Source: a virus (Duplodnaviria; Caudoviricetes). Taken from it: DNA of 64,000 nucleotides. The notes under the pieces are model-generated. The model saw only the letters and a program-made list of their open reading frames with translations, made no database searches and had not been told where the DNA came from. Shown piece after piece: positions 30,739 through 41,867 of this stretch. The position numbers and the translations under genes are program-made. The DNA is taken from positions 175,842-239,841 of IMG/VR virus record IMGVR_UViG_3300028591_000076; one strand, 5' to 3'. Within the stretch, counting starts at the first letter, position 1. Each line of letters begins with the position of its first letter.

Positions 30739-32904
30739 TTAGTCATTCGAAGACTTATTATCATCTATAGCATGTCCACTAATAGCCTCATATAAGTCAG
30801 CATATACAAACGGGAATGACATTTCTACTATATCTGAGTCTTTAGAAAGCTCTAAGTCACTTGCACCTAAAAATTTAACATTAGTAAATACAAATTCTCT
30901 ATAATATGGGTCTTTTCCATTAGGCGAATATACTTTAGGTCCATTTGGTCCAAATGGCTGTGAGCCTCCATCAAGTTCTTCTGTAGGTACCATGCTATTA
31001 ACCATATCATACCTAATATGAATATCAAGTCTCATAGAACTATTAGACGCTGCTTCGCCACGCTTATTATCAAATATATTATATTGAGGCATAATATTAT
31101 TTATACGTAATACTTCGCCTGAGTTATCGAATATATTTATTTTCTTATCCATTCTATATTCTACACCCGCTTGTGATAATATGCCTTTATATATATCTAA
31201 GGTTTCATCAAGCCTTATAGTTAAAGAGCCCTCTCTTGAGAATATAATATTAGAATCAATATATGCTACTTTTCTACCTAATACTGGTAATGAATTAGCT
31301 TTTAACTCTGGCAGTTTTACTTGTATTCCTGTACATCGTGCAGCGAATACGCTACTAAAGAACATATCTGGATTAAAATAATTCTTTACTGCATCATCTA
31401 GGTCTACTATTGCCTTACCGTTTGTTGGCATATAGCTAGTAGCTTCCTTTGTATAAAGTTTACCTTTTCCATCACCACTTGTAACTGTTTTACCACCAAC
31501 AGTAAAATATACATTATACATATTTCCCATAAAATCTGGGAAACGCATATTTAATTTTCCAATTGGCGTATCACGGCTACTGAAGGCCATATTCTTATCA
31601 TCTTTAACTTGCCATAAAGCGTGTTTCGAAGACCTAGGATTATTAGACCAAGTTCCATCTGCGCCTTCATCAATAAAGCCAATTCTATAATTTATATGGG
31701 ATACTCTATCTGCGTCTACAAATGCATTAAGCATTGTAACTTCATTACCTAGAGCTAACATTTGTCGTCTATAAAATGGACTTCTTATGGCATCAGCTGC
31801 AAATGATGATCTCATTAAAGCATATGTACGCCTTTGTGGTCCCATTTCTGGGTGTGAATCGTCTTTTAATGTCTTAATATTTCCTTCATTCTTTATAAAA
31901 CGTCCAGAGTCTATAATAAGGTCCTTTTTTTCTGGTGTACCATATCTAAGAGCATCTATATCATTTAATACCGACTGTGGTAAATTACCATGATTTTGCC
32001 AACCCTCCCCAAGGTCCCATCCACCTATTGACATTAAGTCACCTACACCCATATTTTCTAGGTACCTTTCTGTATCAACGCCTGGACCAGCTAAAAAGTT
32101 TCTTGAAGTAACTTTTTGTTCTTCGCTATCAGAAACGCCTGATAATCTAGCAATAAGTCTTTCTCTATATTTATTATCTGGTGATACTTGCATATTGCCT
32201 AAGCCATATGCAATAGAGCCTGTTGCTGCATTTCCAGTTCCAGCTATTTTCCAATAATTTCTAAGATGAGTCTTAAACTTTCTTTCTTTTTCAGCTACAT
32301 CTACTGTACCGTCTTCTCTTTTAGGATTAAAAGTCGTATTGGCAAAAATACCGCTATTCGCGTCATTATTTCTCTGATTTATTGGGGGTAGCGTCAAATT
32401 ATTATTATGATATAATATATGTTCTGTACCACCTACTTCTTTAGTAGAATAAATACTAGTAATATCATTAGACCCAATTTTTATTTCTTTAGAATTAAGT
32501 TTATTTTCAGTAAAAGTATTTATTTTGTAAAAAAGATTTCTTTTTGGTGTATTTAAAACTGACGCATTTATTGCCATAGTATGAATACTTTTACCTTCAC
32601 TATTTATACTATAGTCATCATTAAACTCTAATGGTGTAGGTGACTCTTCTAAATGTTCCTTTAATAAGCCAAATAATTCTGAAGTATCTATAACTTGTCC
32701 AAAGCTATGGTTTAATTGATTTGTTTTAACGTCTGTAATAAAATTATTTTTAGCATTTATATACTTTGCAGCTTTATCAGTAATCCTATCATTACCACGA
32801 GCTTCAGTCACATCACCTAATAGGGAATCTGTATGCTGAGTAGATATATATTGAGGAAGTTGTATTCTTTTTTCTAAATTACTAAGGTAATCTTCAAATG
32901 TCAT
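30739..32904 (-). CDS. large protein with C-terminal tail-tube-like domain
   Basis: PDFMGNMYNV, LTIRLDE, FTNVKFLG, shared with 32921 and the tube gene (DAMDNMYDV). Confidence 0.6.
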   Translation of the reverse strand: MTFEDYLSNLEKRIQLPQYISTQHTDSLLGDVTEARGNDRITDKAAKYINAKNNFITDVKTNQLNHSFGQVIDTSELFGLLKEHLEESPTPLEFNDDYSINSEGKSIHTMAINASVLNTPKRNLFYKINTFTENKLNSKEIKIGSNDITSIYSTKEVGGTEHILYHNNNLTLPPINQRNNDANSGIFANTTFNPKREDGTVDVAEKERKFKTHLRNYWKIAGTGNAATGSIAYGLGNMQVSPDNKYRERLIARLSGVSDSEEQKVTSRNFLAGPGVDTERYLENMGVGDLMSIGGWDLGEGWQNHGNLPQSVLNDIDALRYGTPEKKDLIIDSGRFIKNEGNIKTLKDDSHPEMGPQRRTYALMRSSFAADAIRSPFYRRQMLALGNEVTMLNAFVDADRVSHINYRIGFIDEGADGTWSNNPRSSKHALWQVKDDKNMAFSSRDTPIGKLNMRFPDFMGNMYNVYFTVGGKTVTSGDGKGKLYTKEATSYMPTNGKAIVDLDDAVKNYFNPDMFFSSVFAARCTGIQVKLPELKANSLPVLGRKVAYIDSNIIFSREGSLTIRLDETLDIYKGILSQAGVEYRMDKKINIFDNSGEVLRINNIMPQYNIFDNKRGEAASNSSMRLDIHIRYDMVNSMVPTEELDGGSQPFGPNGPKVYSPNGKDPYYREFVFTNVKFLGASDLELSKDSDIVEMSFPFVYADLYEAISGHAIDDNKSSND

Positions 32905-32920
32905 CTTATATTATTCCCTA

Positions 32921-35221
32921 TTAACTAAATTTAGCAGAATTTATATATCCATTATCTAACATTGGGCTCTTGCTTATAGGCATTTTATTATTCTCATCCT
33001 TTCCTAATGTAGCCCAAGTTCCTGTATGACTAATAACTTTAGCTTTATCAGCGGTATTCTTAATAGATGGATTATCCATAGTCATAGTGCCAACATTTTT
33101 ATATATAAATTTTTGAGTATACGTTGCTAACCCAGCTGATCCCGACTTAAAGCTAACTTGGCCACCGCCTAGAAACTTAACACCCTCAAATACAATATAA
33201 CTAATCTTAGGCGTACGAGACTCATGCATAGTTCTTAATTTTATAGCTATACCAAAGCTGCCCGCACCATCTGATAAATTACCAGCATTTGCTTTATTTA
33301 TTTGTAAGTTATTATAATGTCCATATTTAGAATTATATGAGCTAGGTATTTCACCATTTACTTCCATCATTAGTGATAATCCAGATAACCTATTAAAAAG
33401 GCGCATATACTCTAAGCCAGAATCTTGTTCAATAGTAAAACTTGATGTAAAGTCATTTTCTAATAGAGGAATTGGTTTAGTTAATGTTTGATTTAATACT
33501 TTAATTTCAGTTGTTGAAGCTCTAATTTCCGGAATAGAAATACTTTGTACTCTAGTAAGAAAATCGTCTAGAGACTTTTTGCCGGTCTTATTACCACCAA
33601 ATAGCTCCTTTTGGGATATAGGTATTTTATCCATATACTCATGGGGCTGCTTACTTTTTTTATTTGGATTACTAGCATTATAGGGTATATTTGGTCTAAT
33701 ATTAAAAGAAGCAAAAATTTCAGCATTATTTACATTTTCAAGTGAGTTTCGTTTATACGTAAAAATGCACATATCAAACATGTTTGCCATAAAGTCAGGA
33801 CCAGAATCATAAATAGCTTGAATAGCATAGTTATTAGATACATGTCTTTCTAATGATTTATCTATTCTATTCTTTAATGCTACGCCTCGGCCATAAGAGA
33901 ACTTATTTTTTGCATTAAATTCTGAGCCACCAGGTATTACAGTAGGACTTACTGATATATAATCTGTTGTTGCCCAACCATTAGCTGCATAGTTTCTATA
34001 TCCGATAACTGTTCCAGCACGAAGCTTATTACCCCTAGTACTATATCCATTTTTAAAATCAAATAAATAATCAGTTACTAAACCAATTGTAGACCTAGAG
34101 TTTAGGCCACCAGCTTCTAATTGAGAAGCAGTATTATTTGACCATTTATCAAATCCAGGAGAAACCTGACTTTCATCTCCAAATAAACTGCCAGCGGAAA
34201 ATTCGCCATCTGCTGACTTATATAGGCTATATATTACCTCACTTATATTATGTGAGCCTTTATTAGATGAGAACCACCAGTTACCGCCCGAATTATCCCA
34301 TATATTTTCTAAATTTTGAATTTTATCGCTAAGAACATCCGCGCCAGATAAGTTTCCTGGACCATTTAAAGCAGCTATATTCGCATTTAATACTCGCTTT
34401 AAATTTTGATCATCTTCAGGAATTTCTGCTGTATATGTCCTATTTAGTATTTTTTCTTCATTTGCCCTTGACGCTTCACTTCTAGCATTATAGCCATTAG
34501 TTAATTTTTTATAGTCATCTTCAGATAAAGCCTCTTGTCCTAGAGATTTAGCAATATACCATTTTTTTGAGTCGCTTGGATTAAAAGACGCGGTAAATAA
34601 ATTAAAGTTTTCCGCATCAGCAATATCATTACCCGATATATATTCAGATTTTGATACATACATTATTGCTTTTACAACCGCATTTTTTAATTTTTCAGGT
34701 ACTTTTGATATTGGATTATCAAAAGTATTTAGCCTATTTATTTCTGTATTTGTATCAGGCTTATTTTTAGAACTATTATATTCTGGTACAGGCGTATTTA
34801 CGCTCTCATATAAATTAAAGTTTGCTTCCCATTCATCATAAGGCTGTAGTCTACTAAAGCCATTATTAGGTAATGGATCGCCCTGCATAGTTATTTCTTT
34901 AAGTGGACCACTCAAGTAAGATATAAGGTTAGATGATAATCTAAGTGGCACATATTCCACATTTTGATTTCTATTAGACTCATTAATAGCATTAATACTA
35001 TTTAATAAATTATTATAAGAATTATTATGAGCTATATCATTAGCTAAATTAAAGCTTGTATTACTTTTATACGACGTAGCTTCTCTACCACTCATAGCTT
35101 TTTCTAGTGGCTTACCTAAAAAAGAGGAAACGTTATCTGATAAATTTACATTATTAGCTTGCTTTTGACTTTTATTTAATTCATTAATAGCTTTTAATGT
35201 TTCGCTATTATTATTTACCAT
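32921..35221 (-). CDS. large protein with C-terminal tail-tube-like domain
   Basis: PDFMANMFD, TRVQSISIP, FTIEQD, FEGVKFLG. Confidence 0.6.
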   Translation of the reverse strand: MVNNNSETLKAINELNKSQKQANNVNLSDNVSSFLGKPLEKAMSGREATSYKSNTSFNLANDIAHNNSYNNLLNSINAINESNRNQNVEYVPLRLSSNLISYLSGPLKEITMQGDPLPNNGFSRLQPYDEWEANFNLYESVNTPVPEYNSSKNKPDTNTEINRLNTFDNPISKVPEKLKNAVVKAIMYVSKSEYISGNDIADAENFNLFTASFNPSDSKKWYIAKSLGQEALSEDDYKKLTNGYNARSEASRANEEKILNRTYTAEIPEDDQNLKRVLNANIAALNGPGNLSGADVLSDKIQNLENIWDNSGGNWWFSSNKGSHNISEVIYSLYKSADGEFSAGSLFGDESQVSPGFDKWSNNTASQLEAGGLNSRSTIGLVTDYLFDFKNGYSTRGNKLRAGTVIGYRNYAANGWATTDYISVSPTVIPGGSEFNAKNKFSYGRGVALKNRIDKSLERHVSNNYAIQAIYDSGPDFMANMFDMCIFTYKRNSLENVNNAEIFASFNIRPNIPYNASNPNKKSKQPHEYMDKIPISQKELFGGNKTGKKSLDDFLTRVQSISIPEIRASTTEIKVLNQTLTKPIPLLENDFTSSFTIEQDSGLEYMRLFNRLSGLSLMMEVNGEIPSSYNSKYGHYNNLQINKANAGNLSDGAGSFGIAIKLRTMHESRTPKISYIVFEGVKFLGGGQVSFKSGSAGLATYTQKFIYKNVGTMTMDNPSIKNTADKAKVISHTGTWATLGKDENNKMPISKSPMLDNGYINSAKFS

Positions 35222-35304
35222 AAGTAAATTAGTGAAAATATGCTATATAAAAATTTAGGTCCCTTTTAAGAGGGACCTATTAAATAATGATATATTACAA
35301 ACTA

Positions 35305-35925
35305 TTAGTTTGTAAGAGCACCACCAGCGCCAGTACCAGTAATACCAGTAGCGTTGTAGAATGGGTAGTCACAATCACCGAAGTTGAATGATACTGTATA
35401 AGTAAGAGCATTACCGCCCTCTGTCTTAAACTGAGGCTGCGAAACTTTGCTAACCCAAACATCAAAGAATGTCCATTTTGGATTTGCATCACCCTTAATT
35501 GAGAAGTCGCCAGAATCATAGATATCATTTGGCGAAGTACCATTATATGCGCCAGAAAGTCCTTCAACTACCACTTTACCAAGAGCAGCTGCCCAGTTAG
35601 CAACGCCACCATTTACAGGATCTGCAGCCATCATATGCCAGTTAATAAACTCGCCATAAAGAGCATAAGCAGCATCAAGTGTAAATGTTAATTCAAAGCT
35701 TCTTGTCATAGTTTGCTTTGAATTTGGACGTTTCATAGAAACACCATGATAGCTAACATCATAACCTTCATTTGATACATCTGGAACATTAAATCCGTCT
35801 ATACGTGTAGTTATAACGCTGCCAGCATCAGCCCAAGGGAACTGAATTTTGACATCGTACATATTATCCATAGCGTCAGCACCACGATTTACTAACGCTT
35901 GTATTGCTTTAGCATTTGCACTCAT
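35305..35925 (-). CDS. tail tube protein (T4 gp19-like)
   Basis: NMYDV, RIDGFNVP, FELTFTLD, FINW, WTFFDVW, YTVSF; biased codon use; AGGAG RBS. Confidence 0.8.
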   Translation of the reverse strand: MSANAKAIQALVNRGADAMDNMYDVKIQFPWADAGSVITTRIDGFNVPDVSNEGYDVSYHGVSMKRPNSKQTMTRSFELTFTLDAAYALYGEFINWHMMAADPVNGGVANWAAALGKVVVEGLSGAYNGTSPNDIYDSGDFSIKGDANPKWTFFDVWVSKVSQPQFKTEGGNALTYTVSFNFGDCDYPFYNATGITGTGAGGALTN

Positions 35926-36062
35926 CTAGTATTCTCCTAAAAATAACCTTAAACTTTTTAATTCAATAAGAATCAATTCTAAGTTAATTTATTAAATAAT
36001 TAGTAAATTAATATTTCTATACACTTAAAATAATTAGTAGTATATTATAGTTGGAGATTTAA

Positions 36063-37931
36063 ATGGAAGTTTTTATAAATCCTGGCGAAGAAGAAAAAGT
36101 AGCATCTCTAGGTTATAAAGATAAAATTAAATTTATTTGTCAAAATTGTAATAAAGAAGTTATTATTTCTAATAAGTATAATTTTAGAAACCTTCTTTGC
36201 AAAAAGTGTAATACAATAAAAACTTCACAAGAAAAATATGGCACAAATAATCCAGCCCAATCAAATGAGTCGATAGAAAAACAAAAATTAACAAAAGCTA
36301 GTAAGACTGATGAAGAAAGAAAGAATATAGATAATAAGAAAAAGCAGTCTATGCTAATGAAATATGGTGTAGATAATCCCGCAAAATCAAAAAAAATATA
36401 TGATAAAATTAGAAAAACTACTACTGAAAAATATGGTGGAATTGGTTTTGCATCTACTGAATTAAAAGCTAAAGCTGACGAAACATGTATTAGGAATCAT
36501 GGCTCTAACATTCATGAATATAGCCAAGAACTAGCACATAAAACGCTATTAGAGAAAAATAATGGTATTGAACAACTTCGTTTACCTGAAACTCGTAATG
36601 CATTAAGAGATTATCAAAATAATCATATGCAGGATATTTTAGATAAAATGTCTAAAACATCCCAAGAAAGATATAATTCAGAATGGGCAATAAGTAGTAA
36701 TACTGTTAGACAAAAATCGCTTGAAACATTATTTAAAAATTATGGTGTAGAAAATAGTATGTTTTCACACATAGTTAAAGAGCGTGTACGACAAACAAAT
36801 ATAATTCGGTATGGACAGCCTCAGCCTCCTAGTCGTAAATATTTATTTATGAATGACTCTTTTGACTCTAGCTGGGAAGTATATTTTTATTTATATCATC
36901 TTTTTATTTCAAAGTCAAATATTATACCACATCCTATAGATAAGCATATTAATTTTACTTATAATAATAAAATACATACATATTGTCCTGATTTTTTGGT
37001 AGATGATAAAATATATGAAATAAAAGGCCCACAATTTTTTAAGAATGATGGAACAATGTGTAATCCTTTTGACCATAGTTTAGATGGTCTTTTTGAGGCA
37101 AAACATCAATGTATGCTTCAGAATAATGTAAATATTATTACAGATATAAGTATATATAAAGACAGCGTTGATAGAATATTAACTAAGGATTTTGTACAAT
37201 TATTTAGAACTGATATACCTTTTCCATATCCTAATAGTGACTTAAGTGATACCACTGATTATGGAGTCATACGGCATTTTCATAAATCTATTTTTGAAGC
37301 GTCTAAGAGAGACCAACTTAGTCCATTAGAAGCTTGGAATCAAAAAAAAGACTTTGAACGAGTTGCGCTTAATAGACTACAATATGTTGGTCATTGTACA
37401 CCAAATGATATTCTTCGCGGCTATTCTGTTTTAAGAATAAATGATAAAATATCAATTTTTAGACCAAAACTTGCAGAAAATTTAATAAATAAATATCTTA
37501 ATACTTATAGTGAGATTTTTGATCCTTTTTCGGGTTTTTCTGGTAGACTCATAGGCGCTATGAATGCTAATAAGTCTTATGTAGGCCAAGATATACATCC
37601 AGTACATGTTATGGAATCAAATGAAATTATTAAGTATAGAGGATATAAAAATTGTATTGTAAAATGTCAAGATATTTTAACTGATAATACTCGTAGCTAT
37701 GAGTGTTTATTTACATGTCCACCTTATGGTGGAAAAGAACACTGGAATAAAGATAAAAATGAAATTGAGAAGTCCTGTGATGAATGGATAGATTTATGTC
37801 TTGAAAAATACAAATGTAAGAAATACCTTTTTGTAGTTGATGAAACCAAAAAGTATAAAGATTATATTATTGAAACAATCGTAAATAAATCCCATTTCAC
37901 TAAGAATAATGAATATATTATTTTAATTTAA
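36063..37931 (+). CDS. KYG-repeat PD-(D/E)xK endonuclease fused to an amino-DNA methyltransferase
   Basis: KYG repeats, FDSSWE, YCPDF, EIKG; C-terminal IFDPFSGFSGR (motif I) and FTCPPY (motif IV). Confidence 0.8.
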   Translation: MEVFINPGEEEKVASLGYKDKIKFICQNCNKEVIISNKYNFRNLLCKKCNTIKTSQEKYGTNNPAQSNESIEKQKLTKASKTDEERKNIDNKKKQSMLMKYGVDNPAKSKKIYDKIRKTTTEKYGGIGFASTELKAKADETCIRNHGSNIHEYSQELAHKTLLEKNNGIEQLRLPETRNALRDYQNNHMQDILDKMSKTSQERYNSEWAISSNTVRQKSLETLFKNYGVENSMFSHIVKERVRQTNIIRYGQPQPPSRKYLFMNDSFDSSWEVYFYLYHLFISKSNIIPHPIDKHINFTYNNKIHTYCPDFLVDDKIYEIKGPQFFKNDGTMCNPFDHSLDGLFEAKHQCMLQNNVNIITDISIYKDSVDRILTKDFVQLFRTDIPFPYPNSDLSDTTDYGVIRHFHKSIFEASKRDQLSPLEAWNQKKDFERVALNRLQYVGHCTPNDILRGYSVLRINDKISIFRPKLAENLINKYLNTYSEIFDPFSGFSGRLIGAMNANKSYVGQDIHPVHVMESNEIIKYRGYKNCIVKCQDILTDNTRSYECLFTCPPYGGKEHWNKDKNEIEKSCDEWIDLCLEKYKCKKYLFVVDETKKYKDYIIETIVNKSHFTKNNEYIILI

Positions 37932-37970
37932 AAGCTTATTTGTTAATTTTTTAAAATAAAAGGAGAAAAC

Positions 37971-38573
37971 ATGTCCTATACACATAAATCATGGCAAGAA
38001 ATATTTGCACAAGAAATTAGCCGTATAAATGCAACGGATGTTAAAATATTATTAGATAACGTCTTTGATAAAATTGATCCATATCATAAAGAAGCGCCAG
38101 CTTCTTCTACAGGAAAGTACCATCCAGAATGTTCTAATGGTAATGGTGGCCTTATAAGGCATACTAAATATGTTACAGCTTTAGCTTTAGAATTAATTCG
38201 CGCTACGCCAGAAGTAGAAAATGAAAGTGATGAAATTGTTGCAGCAACAATTCTTCATGATATGTTAAAATATCCAAATGCTTCATCAAATGATACAGGA
38301 CTTAAACAATATACTGTAGCGAATCACCCAACTCTAATGGCAGATTTAATTAGAACGCTATTTCCATCTTCTGAAAAAGCAAAAACAATTGCTCGTTTAA
38401 TAGAATGCCATCAAGGCAGAAAAGAATGGAATACAGATAGAACAACGGGCGAGCTAATCAATAGACCACCAGAAAAGCAAGATGAGTATCTCGTACATTA
38501 TGCAGACCTGCTCGCATCTAGAAAGTGGCTCTGTCCAGAATTTGATGTAGATGGTAATATTGTAGTATCCTAA
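37971..38573 (+). CDS. HD-domain phosphohydrolase
   Basis: APASSTGKYHP, GGLIRHT, LHD, H..., VHYADLLAS. Confidence 0.9.
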   Translation: MSYTHKSWQEIFAQEISRINATDVKILLDNVFDKIDPYHKEAPASSTGKYHPECSNGNGGLIRHTKYVTALALELIRATPEVENESDEIVAATILHDMLKYPNASSNDTGLKQYTVANHPTLMADLIRTLFPSSEKAKTIARLIECHQGRKEWNTDRTTGELINRPPEKQDEYLVHYADLLASRKWLCPEFDVDGNIVVS

Positions 38574-38574
38574 T

Positions 38575-38898
38575 ATGAAATATATTGATGGTTATTGTAT
38601 TATATACTATGAAAATGAACGTAATGTAATTGCAATACAGGATAAACGCTCTAAAGCTTTTTATACAGTACCTAATTTTAAGCATCTTAAAATTGCTACG
38701 GTATATAATGATAGCTTAGAGCTTTCTGGAATAAATATATCTGGCGACATAGGTAATATGGATAAAACAAAAATAATTGCATATGCTAGAATAAATGACC
38801 TCCAAGCTACGCATATTATGAGTCAGGAGCTAGCACAAATTAATATTATTTTTGATATAGGTTTTACTGACTTTGAAATAAAAAATTATTTTGAATAA
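38575..38898 (+). CDS. small protein with C-terminal NYFE tail
   Basis: ORF in operon. Confidence 0.7.
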   Translation: MKYIDGYCIIYYENERNVIAIQDKRSKAFYTVPNFKHLKIATVYNDSLELSGINISGDIGNMDKTKIIAYARINDLQATHIMSQELAQINIIFDIGFTDFEIKNYFE

Positions 38899-38914
38899 AG
38901 GATAATATATAAAT

Positions 38915-39250
38915 ATGAATAGAAAACAACAAATAAAACTTAAGCATTTTAAAGAAAAAATGGAAACAGGCTTTAAGCTAATAGGTAGATGTAAATGTGG
39001 AAATGCATTATTTATTTCTACTATCTGCAAAAAAGAGCATATTTTTAATGCTTATTGCACTGTTTGTGGGTCTGTTTCTGATGTAAGATTTCCAAAAATA
39101 GGTGATGAGTTTAATGTAAATACAGAACTTGATAATCCAATTAAACTTTTAGTAAAACTTAATAATGATGCTGGAAGAAAAATTACGGATGAAATGATTG
39201 AAAATACGCCGATAAGTCCTTATGTAAATAAGGGCCAAGGAGCATTATAA
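38915..39250 (+). CDS. zinc-finger protein
   Basis: CKCG...CTVCG. Confidence 0.7.
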   Translation: MNRKQQIKLKHFKEKMETGFKLIGRCKCGNALFISTICKKEHIFNAYCTVCGSVSDVRFPKIGDEFNVNTELDNPIKLLVKLNNDAGRKITDEMIENTPISPYVNKGQGAL

Positions 39251-40125
39251 TGTCTAAATGGAGTGCGAGTAGACTTAAAACTTATCATGCTTGTTTACTT
39301 AAGTATTATTATTCATATGTAAATCCATATGATCCTAATATGCCAGCTAATGCAGAAATGGCATCAAAAGGTCTTGCATTTCATGAAACTGCGGAACAGA
39401 TGGTAACTGGTAAAACAGACCAAGAAATGCAAGCTATACTTGATAGTAAAATTGAAGAATATAAGGTAGATAGAACATTATACCCTGAAGATGAAGCTCT
39501 TAGGCGTTTTATGCTCTTTTGGAAAGAATTTATTGAACCTAAAGAAAAAGAAGGCTATAAAGTAGAAAAAGAGGGCTGGGCAAATGGTATAATTGAGGGG
39601 AAACCATTCTGTGGTGCGCTAGACTTAGCTCTTTATAAATATAAACCAGATGGTTCTTTAGAACATATTTTTATATATGATTACAAAACTGCAAAAACGG
39701 CTGCAGCAGCTTCTTATAAAGACCAGCTAGTTTTATATGCATATTTAATTGGCTTAACACAAAATTGGACTTTTCAGCAGATTAAAGATAATATAGAACT
39801 TTTTGTATTCTTTCCCTTTTCTACTCAAAATAAGAATAATGACTATGATAATATGTTATCATCTGTTAAAAGAGTTAATTATACTGCTGAAGATGTAGAA
39901 AAAATAATTTCTAGTGATATCTCTACAATTAGAGAGTCTGAATCTATTCAGTGGGATAAAGTTAATATTGATTCATTAGGACAAACTAACTTTACTTGTA
40001 AATTTTGTCAGTTTTTAGGAACAGTACCCGATGAGTCTACAGGATTTAGGGGTTGTAAATGTTCTTATGATGCGGGATATAGACAAGTTAGGGGACTTAA
40101 GTTTAATTTAAGAGAACAAAAATGA
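39250..40125 (+). CDS. PD-(D/E)XK_1 (RecB/Cas4-like) nuclease
   Basis: WSASRL...C, GLAFH, GALD, IYDYKT, QLVLYA, CKFC. Confidence 0.88.
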   Translation: MSKWSASRLKTYHACLLKYYYSYVNPYDPNMPANAEMASKGLAFHETAEQMVTGKTDQEMQAILDSKIEEYKVDRTLYPEDEALRRFMLFWKEFIEPKEKEGYKVEKEGWANGIIEGKPFCGALDLALYKYKPDGSLEHIFIYDYKTAKTAAAASYKDQLVLYAYLIGLTQNWTFQQIKDNIELFVFFPFSTQNKNNDYDNMLSSVKRVNYTAEDVEKIISSDISTIRESESIQWDKVNIDSLGQTNFTCKFCQFLGTVPDESTGFRGCKCSYDAGYRQVRGLKFNLREQK

Positions 40126-40760
40126 TACTTGATAAAGAATGGCTTCTTAAAGAATATAATGGACCAAGTATAAATAAGTTTAACTATATAGACCAAATAA
40201 GTTTATATGCTGTAGACCAAATTTTAATAAATGGTCATTATTTATATGGTAAAAATGAAGAGTTTCGAAAAGCGTATCTAGACGCTTTTAATTCTGAGCT
40301 TATTTTGCCAGAAAAAGACTTAGTTGATTTTATTTATAAAAATAATTTTAATATACTCTACTTTGGCTTACTAAGCGCGCCTTATCTTATATCTCAAGGA
40401 ACTTCACCAGCTTTTTATTTGGAGCATTGTTCTGCTGACCGTAGTAGTTTATTGTCACAATTTATAAGTGCTGAAACAATGAAAAATCATAGGCCTATTA
40501 GTCCAAGACCAGGAATGCCTGGATATTATTATAAGGAATCTCGCACTAAAACATTTAAGTCATTTAATCCTAATGGTACATATGAAATTGTAAGTATATG
40601 TCCTATTAAGAATATACTAGAAATTACAATTGACTATTGTAAAAAGCTAAATGAAGATGCAAAATTATATGTAACTAATAATCCTGCAGATAATAATATA
40701 AAAGCATTTTTAGAAATTTTAAGAGATGAATCTTGGAGTCCTTTATTATATGGAAAATAA
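40122..40760 (+). CDS. hypothetical protein
   Basis: ORF in operon with overlaps. Confidence 0.7.
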   Translation: MILDKEWLLKEYNGPSINKFNYIDQISLYAVDQILINGHYLYGKNEEFRKAYLDAFNSELILPEKDLVDFIYKNNFNILYFGLLSAPYLISQGTSPAFYLEHCSADRSSLLSQFISAETMKNHRPISPRPGMPGYYYKESRTKTFKSFNPNGTYEIVSICPIKNILEITIDYCKKLNEDAKLYVTNNPADNNIKAFLEILRDESWSPLLYGK

Positions 40761-41178
40761 TGAAATAGTACCAAATGTTCAAGAACAAATAGAAGAGTCT
40801 TTTTCGCAATTTTTATTTTTACTATTTATACCAAATTCGTATACTGGATATGTGGAAGTTTATATAGATGAAGGTGAACATAGTGCAGCTTTTTCTATAA
40901 AAGAGTTTTTAGCAAAAATAGAAAAAATATGTGGTAGAGATGAAATGAATAGAATATCTATGGCCTGTAATAATTTAGGTATCCCTTTTTTCTATGATAG
41001 AGAAAAAAAGACCTTAAGAGAATTAAAGGAAAAGCCAAAAGAAGATAGAATGAGCGTAAGTACTATAAAAAACTTATCTGGCTTTGGCCGACCAATACAG
41101 CAAGCTTATAGTACAGATGCTATATTTAATAGCGTAAAGGGCCAATATTCTAAGCTAATTAATGAACTTACTAAATAG
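40750..41178 (+). CDS. hypothetical protein
   Basis: Start moved to MENN. Confidence 0.65.
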   Translation: MENNEIVPNVQEQIEESFSQFLFLLFIPNSYTGYVEVYIDEGEHSAAFSIKEFLAKIEKICGRDEMNRISMACNNLGIPFFYDREKKTLRELKEKPKEDRMSVSTIKNLSGFGRPIQQAYSTDAIFNSVKGQYSKLINELTK

Positions 41179-41186
41179 GATATTTT

Positions 41187-41867
41187 ATGGAAGCAACAAG
41201 AGCAGTTAGACAAACAATTACAAAATCAAATGAATTATCAACTGAACAGCCTACAAGTCAAACTACAAGTCAGACAAATGAAATAAAGCAGGATGAGCCA
41301 AACCAAAATGTATGGGCTGCTTTTGCTGCTCAGTCAGATATAGAAGAAGCTACTTCAAAAGCTAATGAAGAACTTTTAGCTTTTGTAGATAAGCAAATTC
41401 AGCGTATGAACAATAAAGTTCAATTTAATAAAGGCGATATTAGTCTTTATGAGCTTGATATGGCATTAGCAACATATGAGCCTACACTTTTTGCGCTTAT
41501 AGCCCTTTATGAGCAAGCTAAGGCAGACGCCGAAATATCAAAAGCAAAATATGATGAATGGTATTATGATAAATATATGGAAATTAGAAATACCTATAAT
41601 ACCAAAGATGTAAAAAATGCACAATGGCTTTCTGCTAAAGAAATAGAAGCTACATTATTTAAGGTATATAGAAAAGATGCAGCACAATTAAAAGCGGATG
41701 TTATTAAAACGGAAGGTCAAAGGTCAACCATGGAAAGACTCTTAAAATCTTGGGAAAGCTATCAGTTTGTTTTAACAACTATGTCTAGAAATGTTACAGC
41801 GCAGATGGGCGGGTCTAATATTAGCGTTGACTTAAAAAGACCAGATGATAATGTTCAAGGATGGTAG
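41187..41867 (+). CDS. coiled-coil protein, possibly UvsY-like recombination mediator
   Basis: Helical, YDEWYYDKY segment, recombination context. Confidence 0.45.
   Translation: MEATRAVRQTITKSNELSTEQPTSQTTSQTNEIKQDEPNQNVWAAFAAQSDIEEATSKANEELLAFVDKQIQRMNNKVQFNKGDISLYELDMALATYEPTLFALIALYEQAKADAEISKAKYDEWYYDKYMEIRNTYNTKDVKNAQWLSAKEIEATLFKVYRKDAAQLKADVIKTEGQRSTMERLLKSWESYQFVLTTMSRNVTAQMGGSNISVDLKRPDDNVQGW

Noticed and set aside
39250..40125. Cas4 / CRISPR system
   Set aside because: No repeat-spacer array or other cas genes; stand-alone nuclease typical of phages
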